Assembly (NCBI GenBank): GCA_002269645.1
Contig: NIVC01000033.1
Coordinates: 671,335 to 735,334 of the forward strand
Direction of reading: 5' to 3'
Origin: Macrostomum lignano
Lineage: Eukaryota
Length of the DNA stretch: 64,000 nt
Both the position numbers and the translations under genes were made by a program. Below, in pieces: positions 1 to 10,766 of the stretch (its first letter is position 1; each line of letters starts with the position of its first letter). The notes under the pieces are model-generated. The model made no database searches. It was not told the origin of the DNA and saw only the letters and a list, made by a program, of their open reading frames with translations.

Positions 1-384
1 CTTGTAGGGCCTCATGGCAGAGCTCATCCCAGCTTAACAAATACATGGAATGAAGCTAAAAGTCAATCATGTTATTCTAGATTTAATCAAAGGCAATTAC
101 AAATAACTGAACAAGTTTATTATTTGTCTTCCAAATTCATTTTTTTCAATGAATTTGTTTTAAAAAACAAATCAAGGATTGATTCAAAAAACACGTATAA
201 TGATCACAAAGAAGGACGATTTAAGTTGAATAATATATTGTCTACTTATCAATATTGTAACAAATATATCGTAATGATAAAATTAAGTCATAAAATTCCT
301 AAAAGAACTGCTAAAATCATTGCTGATTGAATGAAATTGTCATATTGGTTAATATCCCACAAAGTGACTGCAGATAGCTAAAAG

Positions 385-1425
385 TTAAGTAGGTGTGATT
401 AACTTGTCGTCTAGCTGACCCCAAGCGTTGTGAATATTAGCTTGGCATATCCAGTAGGCTACACGCTGCCTGCAGCGCAATGCACCTTGTGAGACAAGCT
501 GCGCTTGCAGGGATATTGAGGTAGCCTCATCGAAAAGCAAGCGCAACAGTACATAAAATTGCAGCTTGCCACGTCCAGCTTTGCCGTTCAAGCGCCTGTT
601 GTAGCTTTCCATATCATTTTTTGTTCGGATTGACTGATCGAAGACACTGATATTCTCCGGAGTCCACATGGCGTTTGAAAGCCAAGTGCTTCGCACATAG
701 GCGCATAGCTCGATGAGGCGATTGTCACCTTGATCAACCTGAAAGGAATTATATATGTACATGTACATATAATAGGGTACATGTCCCTTTTATAATTTAT
801 GCTTACATTGCTGGTCTCTAAATTGTTGAAGACTGAAATAATATTCACAGTCGGTAAGTAGTATAAGGCCATTAGCCTCTGGCAAAAGCTGTATGTCATT
901 TCGTCACGGTTGTAAGACTCTTGGAGACCAAGGGCCTGGATTTTTCTAAATACAGCCTGTGTCCAATGAAAGCTGCAACCAATGACCCGACTTTGGGGGA
1001 AAACTTGATGTGCTGCTTTCCATGCTGTGGCTTCGTAATCCATAACAAAAACTGATGGGTTCACCTCAGGCAGGATGTCTCAAAGGGCTTGAAGATAGGA
1101 CTTATTGTCCTTTGAAGTTCAATCGGACATAAGGACAAACGCCAATGGCACCTGTAGTATGAGCTTCATCAGCTGTTTTAGCAGCACCTTCATCGGCAGC
1201 TTCATCGGCATCGGCAGCTTCATTGGCATCAGCAGCTTCATCGATAGCTGCATTGCATGCATTGCATGACCACTCAAAATGGTCAAGCAATTTCAGCTGC
1301 CTGTAGTGCACGCAACTTATATCAGTCTTACAAATTCTATTCTGCCACAGTTGACACTTGTTGCACTGCAAACCCTCTTGTCAAGGACAAACTTGTCTGT
1401 GGCACTCAACGCAGTTGTTATTCAT
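385..1425 (-). pseudogene. Internally deleted Mutator (MULE) transposase with N-terminal PHD-like finger
   Basis: From ATG 1425: NCVECHRQVCP*QEGLQCNKCQLWQNRICKTDIS...WSCNAC (PHD-like). Then VPLAFVLMS, VMDYEATAWKAAHQVFPQSRVIGCSFHWTQA and WTPENISVF..RTKNDMESYNRRLN, typical of MULE transposases. Stops and frameshifts are present and the central region is missing. Confidence 0.8.
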
Positions 1426-2448
1426 TATTACATATAGCTAGTATCCATATAATTAAACTTAGTATAACTAATCAGGAATCACAGGAATCATACAAGCCTA
1501 TATTAGAACAGACAGGCCTATTATAATGTAGATGCCTAGGACTCTCTCTCCTCTCTGTACATCCAGCTAATTAAGTGAATTAGTGCAGATGTACTCCTTT
1601 GCATCCAATAACAAAGTAATTTAAGTGCCATCTACCAATTTTATCATAAGTAACCCTGACGAGTAAGTACTAAGTACTAGACCAAGGCAGTGGGTAGTCA
1701 TCACAATGGAATAATGAGCATTGCCATAAGAGATATCCACTTGGTCAGCAATCTTGCCTATAGTTACATTGATTTTGTTTAATCATCCACTGTATAGCTT
1801 CTGTTTTCCTCTTTTCCTTTCCTTCAAATATATATTACACTTGAATGGAAAAATGAAAATCAGTCCACATTTATTTAAACACTTTGATAGCAATTTATCC
1901 ATAATGAAATCATTTAACTATGAATTAGCATTACTGACAAGTGACTAAAAAGTAGCAAGATGGGCATTTTATTGTATTAGGTATTTTTTAGTATTTAAAT
2001 TAAATTGAATTAGTTCAAAAATCATTTCATCCCATCTTTATAGCCAACCTAGCCAATTGGGTTGTGACAAGACAGCCAAGGCAGGTACACAATCAATATA
2101 AAAGAAATTAAAATAGAAGGAGCATTACATTCTTCAAGTAAAAAATGAAATATTTAAATTGCACGCAGAGCAAAGCTATGCTGCAAAGTCTCTTAAAGAT
2201 ATAAGTATGTTGCATTTTAACAGAAGACTATCATACCAGCTGGGTAAAATTCAATAGTTTTCACATTTATGAAAAGTATAATATACATGGCAGTCTTTCT
2301 CAAGCCGTCTGTAGCTCTTGGTGTAGGCAAAAGTATGTTTGATGCAGTAGCCATAATAAATCCACAAAGTGCCTAACAACTTGTTTCAGTAAGAGACCTT
2401 CAGCAAGAAGTTCAAGTAAAATAAACAAAAACTACTCAGTGCTCAGCG

Positions 2449-5400
2449 ATGGCGATTGTTTTTGACGGCTATTCAAGGGTTTACCCAGCCAGCTACTATG
2501 AGGATCCGAGCCTCACCGAGTTTTTCCACCGGATCGGCCTGTCGCTGGGAGAATTCGCCTTCAACTCAACCAAGTATCCGCATGACTACGCCTTCACGCT
2601 GCGGATGCTCCGCTCCTGGCGCCTTGTTGATGTGGGCGGAGCCGTCCTGCTTGCCGTGCTGTTCACTGCGCTGCGGTATGTCATCTCCGTTTGCTTTTCG
2701 TTGGTGAGTGGCCGACCGTCTAGCTGACTTCAGTGTCTGCATTGTGAAGCTTCACATTCTGCTGTAACATCGCGTCTAACTTTCCCAATCTCTAAACTTC
2801 TCAGAATCTCCAAACTTCAAAATCCCCATGCTTCACAATCCCCACTATCACTTCACGATCTCCATGCTTCACAACCCCATGGCCCCATTCTTCACAAACC
2901 CCATTATCACTTCACGATCTCCATGCTTCACAATCCCCATGCTTCACAATCCCCATGCTTCACAATCCCCATGCTTCACAATCCCCATGCTTCACGATCC
3001 CCATGCTTCACAATCCCCATGCTTCACAACCCCCATGCTTCATAATCCCCATGCTTCACAATCCCCATTATTACTTTACGATCCTCATGCTTCACAATCT
3101 CCATTGTCACTTCACAATCCCCATGCTTCACAATCCCCATGCTTCACAATCCCCATGCTTCACAATCCCCATGCTTCACAATCCCCATTATCACTTTACG
3201 ATCCCCATGCTTCACAATCACCATTATCACTTTACGATCCCCATGCTTCACAATCCCCATGCTTCACAATCCCCATGCTTCACGATCCCCATGCTTCACA
3301 ATCACCATTATCACTTTACGATCCCCATGCTTCACAATCACCATTATCACTTCACGATCCCCATGCTTCACAATCCCCATGCTTCACGATCCCCATGCTT
3401 CACAATCACCATTATCACTTTACGATCCCCATGCTTCACAATCTCCATTGTCACTTCACGATCCCTATGCTTCACAGTGCCCAAAAGTTCCACAACCTAA
3501 CAATATTTGCAATTTTTTATCACAAACTCTTAATTTTTATGCAGTCTCTTGTATAGCCCAGCTGTCTCATCTCTTCCCGGCCCCCCCCCTGTCTCATCTC
3601 CCATCCTCTCATGTCTCATCTCCTCCCGTCCCCCCTGTCTCATTTCCTCCCGTCCCCCTGTCTCATTTCCTCCCGTCCCCCTGTCTCATTTCCTCCCGTC
3701 CCCCTGTCTCATTTCCTCCCGTCCCCCCTGTCTCATTTCCTCCCGTCCCCCTGTCTCATTTCCTCCCGTCCCCCTGTCTCATTTCCTCCCGTCCCCCTGT
3801 CTCATTTCCTCCCGTCCCCTGTCTCATTTCCTCCCGTCCCCCCTGTCTCATTTCCTCTCGTCCCCCTGTCTCATTTCCTCCCGTCCCCCCTGTCTCATCT
3901 CCTCCCGTCCCCCTCTGTCTCATCTCCTTTCCCCTCCCGTTTCATCTCCCTCCCGTTCTTTCTTGTAAATCCAGCCACTGAAAAGGCAAGGCTCTGCTGA
4001 TCCATAACCCGTTGCTTTCAGCCCGTAGCAAACTGGCTGCAGATCCAGCCAGCCAGCAAGTTAAAGTGGCCGGAGTCAATCTGGAAATTCATCGCCTACA
4101 GCGGCTTGTGGCTCTACTCGCTCTACGTTGTGCTGCTCAGCGGTCGGTACGACTTTTTTCACAATCCTGTGGACATTCTGCGCGGAATCATCTTTGATGG
4201 TGAGCTTCTGATCTCATTGATTCTCACTCTGTCTTTGCCAGTCTCACCCTCTCCCAGTCTCACCCTCTCCCAGTCTCACCCTCTCCCAGTCTCACCCTCT
4301 CCCAGTCTCACCCTCCCAGTCTCACCCTCCCAGTCTCACCCTCCCAGTCTCACCCTCTCCCAGTCTCACCCTCTCCCAGTCTCACCCCTCCCAGTCTAAC
4401 CCCTCTTGGTTAACCATCACCCAGTCTCACCTCTCTAAGTCTCCCTCTCCCAGTCTCACCCCTCCCAGTCTCAACCTATCATTCTCACCCCTCCCAGTCT
4501 CACGCTCTCCAAGTCTCATCCCTCCCAGTCTCACCCCCTCCCAGTCTCACCCTCTCCCAGTCTCACCCCCTCCCAGTCTCACCCCCTCCCAGTCTCACCC
4601 CCTCCCAGTCTCACCCCCTCCCAGTCTCACCCCTCCCAGTCTCACCCTCTCCCAGTCTCACTCTCTCCCAGTCTCACTCCTCCCAGTGTAACCCCTCCCA
4701 GTCTCACCCTCATCCAGTGTCACCCTAACTCCTTTCTCAATCTATAAGTTAATGCAAACCTATAATTTTTACACCAAACCCAATATACAGGTAAGTATGT
4801 GCCTCACGTGTTTTCTCGCACACCATAGACCTCCGTCTTCGTACTTTAAACTCCCCAGGGCCACCTTCGCCCCTGTGCCCTATGCTCTGTCCCTATCACA
4901 CCACTGCACACAACCAGCAGGGGGGGGGGCGGGACTGTGCCTTCCGGCTTCCCCTTCCAGCCAGGTCCACCCTCTTTCAGCTTTCTACTCAATGTCTCTG
5001 GAGAGCTGCTCAGCCGTCTTATCTTAGAGAGCAGGAAATGCTCTGTAGAAGCCGCTGCTTGGCGCCAGGCCGCGCGCTCCAGTTGGCCCAGGGCGGTGAC
5101 CCCCCCCCTTTGTGGGTCAGAAATATTTGAAAGTTTTTTGAAATCTTGAATTTGAAATTTTTGAAATATTTGAAATTGAAATATTTGAAATCTTGAAACT
5201 TTTCATTGTACAACAATGGGGCTTTTCCATTACAGGAAAACACTAAGTTACAGGTCATCATATTGCAGGAGCATTTTCCCAAAAAATTGTGTGCTTCAGA
5301 AATAACGAAAAACCAAAAATTTGTAAAATAGCTAATTTGATTGCAAGCTTATTCAAAATGTGGTACAAATCCTCAAAATTGCTTATGGAATGCCACAAAT

Positions 5401-8400
5401 CGATACAATGTCCAACCATGATTAATTTAGTTTGAAAATATGTAGTTGCGCTTTGTCATATATATACACTATTTATACTGTCCTGCTCCTATAAGTTATG
5501 TTTAAGTTTAAGTAGCGATTTTTAACTGTGAACAAAACTACAACAGCTTAGAGGTGTATTTTTATTTTAACTTTTAAAAGATAGCATGTATACAAAGTCC
5601 AAAATAATAAATAGTGATAAAGAAGTGATAAAAGTTAATTAAAAGTCTTTTTATTTTCAACAACCAACTCGGAAAAAAAATTTGAAGGGTTCAAACCGTT
5701 GAAAATTAGAACAGCTAGACTATTGGCAAACTTTGAAATGGAGAAAAATGGAGAAGTTCAAAATAGATTCAAAGAAAAATTTAACTTGCTGCAACTGCGT
5801 AAATACTAACTAATGCAATTTTAATGGCTGAGCTGTAAAATGAAGAACTTACTATAAATACTACCCCTTGCGATTTGAATGCTGTAAAATGAAGGACTTC
5901 ACCTATCAATCTGATGAATATGTAATATTTATATACGATAAAATGCTGACAGAAAAGAGATATTTGGCAAAAATGAACCAAACTAAAGCTTTAACCAGCT
6001 TTAAAATTTAGAACACAAGTCAATTTGGCTTCAAAGTGGTGTAGCAGCTAAGATAAAGAGAAAACATAGAACAGTTTCAATTGACCAGCATATAAAAGTA
6101 CTTTGCTGAAAAATGCAGAAATTCTGCAACAGACAGGGGTCGTAGAACGAATCGCACAATGTTAAACAATTGGTGGTAAATAAGTAGCTTAAGAAAAAGC
6201 AAACAGTTTCAAGGTATCGTATTCAAAGCCATTAAAGCATAGTAGCATGCCAAACAAAGTGCTAATAAAATGACCATAGAAAATCAGCACAATAGTCTTA
6301 AAGCACACTGAATGCCCTAAATGTCATCCCAGCAATTTGAATGTCTGAGCTGTAAAATGAAGGACTTGCTATAAATGCCAATACCAACCCTGCTATTTAG
6401 AATGCCTGCTGTAAAATGAAGAACAGAACCAACAATATCAAGGGCAATTTGTAGGCTTTCACTTTGACTGCCGACTGCCGCCGGCTGTTTCGGCCTGGCG
6501 TTTCTTCGCTGCAGCCGACTGTCGACTCTTCGCTGGATTCGCTTGATCGGCGGCTGTTTCAGCGGGACGTTCCTTCGCTGCAGCCGCCTGTCGACTCTTC
6601 GCTGGGTTTGCTTTCGCTTGATCGACGGCTGTTTCAGCCTTGCGTTTCTTTGCTGCAGCCGCCTGTCGAGTCTTCGCTGGGTTCGCTTTCGCTTGATCGA
6701 CGGCTGTTTCAGCCTTGCGTTTCTTTGCTGCAGCCGCCTGTCGACTCTTCGCTGGGTTCGCTTTCGCTTGATCGACGGCTGTTTCAGCCTTGCGTTTCTT
6801 TGCTGCAGCCGCCTGTCGACTCTTCGCTGGATTCACCGTGTTTGACTTGTGAGATGCTGCCGCTGGACCTCGGACAAAAGCAAGGAATGCCTCCGGTCCA
6901 ACGATGTCCGGTTGCTGCATGTTGGCCAGACCAGAAATGATGCCACCAATCGCAAATCGTGCAGCCATGCTCATTGACTTCATTGTAGCTTGGTACGACT
7001 GGCGTGCAACATTGGGTTTGTGGCACAGTCGGATCGATACTGCCTTTTGTTGATTTTCGTCTAGGTACATTGCGGAGTACGTTTCAATGAATTTCCGATA
7101 GGCTGTATTAGTCACATGCTCGATTTTCGAATTCTTTGCTCGCTCCCTTGTCCATACCCTCGCAAAGCCACCCGTGCCAAGTGGGAAGAGCCTGTCAGTT
7201 GGTGAGGCCGTCTTTGCTCTCTCTTGAATGTAATTCGCGAGAATTTCGGCAACGCTGTCGACCGCAACTCTACAGGCGCCATACATGTTGGACGTCTTGT
7301 GCTCTTTAACGAAAAATTCGCTCTTCTGATCAGTCAGCCACTCAAGGCCTTCCTCAATGGTTGCATTAGTCGGAATGTCCGGCCTACTGGCGTTGCCATT
7401 CGAGAAGCACATTGAAGTGGTGATGCCAACAATGACGTCGTTGGACAAAATGTTTGATTCTGCAGCTGATTCTGCTCTAGTAATTAAGGAATGCACATGC
7501 GAGTGCAAACTTTCGACTTCTTCTGGCTTCAGTAATTCCTTATCGAGAACGTTCCGCAATCTGGCATCATTTGGCCGACGAACCTTAAGTCCATACGCCT
7601 TGGTTAGGCGCTTTAGACGCTCTTCGAACTCCAGAAGGTAGCATTTCAGGCCTAGATTCCGTAGTTCGACAAAACGGCGTGCTCGGAAAAACGAAACTAA
7701 ATGCGTTAACGCGTTGATGCATGATCGATCGGCTGATTTATTTCGCTTCGAGTCCTCCTCAACGAACGCGCTAACTTTATCACGAAACTCTTCAGTCAAA
7801 ATCGAAAGAAGGTCCGTCAGCCCACAAGCTTTAGCTAATCGAGACAGAGCATCAGTGTTCTTCCGAATCGACGACGCCTTAAGTCCGCCTCCTTCCCACT
7901 TTGGTAGCCACTTGGCCAAGTCTGAGAGCTCGACCTCCAGCAAAGTCGCCTCCTTTTTGGCATCAATGGACTTTTTAAGCGCATCAAATTTTTCCTGGGC
8001 TTTCTTGGCAGCAGCTTTTGCAGGCTTGTAGTAATGAAACCGCACACGATGGGCAGTCATTGAGCGCTTCTCAAACAGAACATCACAATCTGGGCACTTC
8101 ACCTTTCTGGAAGAGTCATCTTCAACCTCTTGCTGATTAAATACTTTGATCTCTGCAACCAGATCGTCTATATTCTTCGAGCCAAGAATATCTTTGTGGC
8201 TTTCGCGTAGATGTTGACGGATCCGGGAATGGAAAATTCCATGTTGTTGTCCCTCGGATTCCGATGGCTTCTTGAACGGGCAAATATAATTCACACCTCG
8301 CTGCTTCGATGAATTTTCCTTACCGGAAAAGGCTGCATTAGAAGAACCAGCATCAGCGGCATCGGCATCAAGATCAACAGCGGCATCGGCATCAAGATCG

Positions 8401-10733
8401 ACAACGGCAACATGACAACCAGCGGCGAGAATGGCATTTAAGTCTTCCTCGGAAATAGGGACCAGATGGTAATTGCCGTCCTGAAGAGTTCCATTTAGAT
8501 GTTCAGGCACAACGAACTCTTGCTGCTGCTGCTGCTCAGGTGGCAACGATGGTAGAGTTGGCGGGTTGCCAGAAACTGGGTCACTTGTCCTGCTGTCCGA
8601 GCCAACACTGGCAGGAGTTGCATTGTCCTTGGACATTTTCTTATGGCCTGCATCGAGGTTAGGATGAAGGTAAGATAAAATGTAATGAACATGATAGTCA
8701 GTGACTGCTAGCTATGAAAATATTTTCTTAAATAATAAATTTACATTACAGGGTATGCTTATGAAGCAATAGGATAATATATAGGTAAAGTAACCTTCCA
8801 TCAGCCATTTCTGCAATTTAACAGCCAACTGTGATTTGAAGTATCAGATCTGCAATTTAATGTCCCCTCCCTGCTGTGATTTGAGTCCTACTTAATCAGT
8901 CAACCTGCAAATATACTTTGAATTACAAAAAATGTATTTACCTAGAGAAGCAGTCAATTGCTGCTGTGGCTGCTGCTGCTCAGGTGGCAACGATGGTAGA
9001 GTTGGCGGGTTGCCAGAAACTGGGTCACTTGTCCTGCTGTCCGAGCCAACACTGGCAGGAGTTGCATTGTCCTTGGACATTTTCTTATGGCCTGCATCGA
9101 GGTTAGGATGAAGGTAAGATAAAATGTAATGAACATGATAGTCAGTGACTGCTAGCTATGAAAATATTTTCTTAAATAATAAATTTACATTACAGGGTAT
9201 GCTTATGAAGCAATAGGATAATATATAGGTAAAGTAACCTTCCATCAGCCATTTCTGCAATTTAACAGCCAACTGTGATTTGAAGTATCAGATCTGCAAT
9301 TTAATGTCCCCTCCCTGCTGTGATTTGAGTCCTACTTAATCAGTCAACCTGCAAATATACTTTGAATTACAAAAAATGTATTTACCTAGAGAAGCAGTCA
9401 ATTGCTGCTGTGGCTGCTGCTGCTCAGGTGGCAACGATGGTAGAGTTGGCGGGTTGCCAGAAACTGGGTCACTTGTCCTGCTGTCCGAGCCAACACTGGC
9501 AGGAGTTGCATTGTCCTTGGACATTTTCTTATGGCCTGCATCGAGGTTAGGATGAAGGTAAGATAAAATGTAATGAACATGATAGTCAGTGACTGCTAGC
9601 TATGAAAATATTTTCTTAAATAATAAATTTACATTACAGGGTATGCTTATGAAGCAATAGGATAATATATAGGTAAAGTAACCTTCCATCAGCCATTTCT
9701 GCAATTTAACAGCCAACTGTGATTTGAAGTATCAGATCTGCAATTTAATGTCCCCTCCCTGCTGTGATTTGAGTCCTACTTAATCAGTCAACCTGCAAAT
9801 ATACTTTGAATTACAAAAAATGTATTTACCCGGAGAAGCAGTCAATTGCTGCTGTGGCTGCTGCTGCTCAGGTGGCAACGATGGTAGAGTTGGCGGGTTG
9901 CCAGAAACTGGGTCACTTGTCCTGCTGTCCGAGCCAACACTGGCAGGAGTTGCATTGTCCTTGGACATTTTCTTATGGCCTGCATCGAGGTTAGGATGAA
10001 GGTAAGATAAAATGTAATGAACATGATAGTCAGTGACTGCTAGCTATGAAAATATTTTCTTAAATAATAAATTTACATTACAGGGTATGCTTATGAAGCA
10101 ATAGGATAATATATAGGTAAAGTAACCTTCCATCAGCCATTTCTGCAATTTAACAGCCAACTGTGATTTGAAGTATCAGATCTGCAATTTAATGTCCCCT
10201 CCCTGCTGTGATTTGAGTCCTACTTAATCAGTCAACCTGCAAATATACTTTGAATTACAAAAAATGTATTTACCTGGAGAAGCAGTCAATTGCTGCTGTG
10301 GCTGCTGCTGCTCAGGTGGCAACGATGGTAGAGTTGGCGGGTTGCCAGAAACTGGGTCACTTGTCCTGCTGTCCGAGCCAACACTGGCAGGAGTTGCATT
10401 GTCCTTGGACATTTTCTTATGGCCTGCATCGAGGTTAGGATGAAGGTAAGATAAAATGTAATGAACATGATAGTCAGTGACTGCTAGCTATGAAAATATT
10501 TTCTTAAATAATAAATTTACATTACAGGGTATGCTTATGAAGCAATAGGATAATATATAGGTAAAGTAACCTTCCATCAGCCATTTCTGCAATTTAACAG
10601 CCAACTGTGATTTGAAGTATCAGATCTGCAATTTAATGTCCCCTCCCTGCTGTGATTTGAGTCCTACTTAATCAGTCAACCTGCAAATATACTTTGAATT
10701 ACAAAAAATGTATTTACCTGGAGAAGCAGTCAA

Positions 10734-10766
<33 letters not shown>

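Noticed and set aside
8892-10468. Sets of identical 60-62-aa ORFs as independent small genes
   Set aside because: Better explained as repeated exon plus intron read-through, or as alternative-frame by-products of the 444-bp unit
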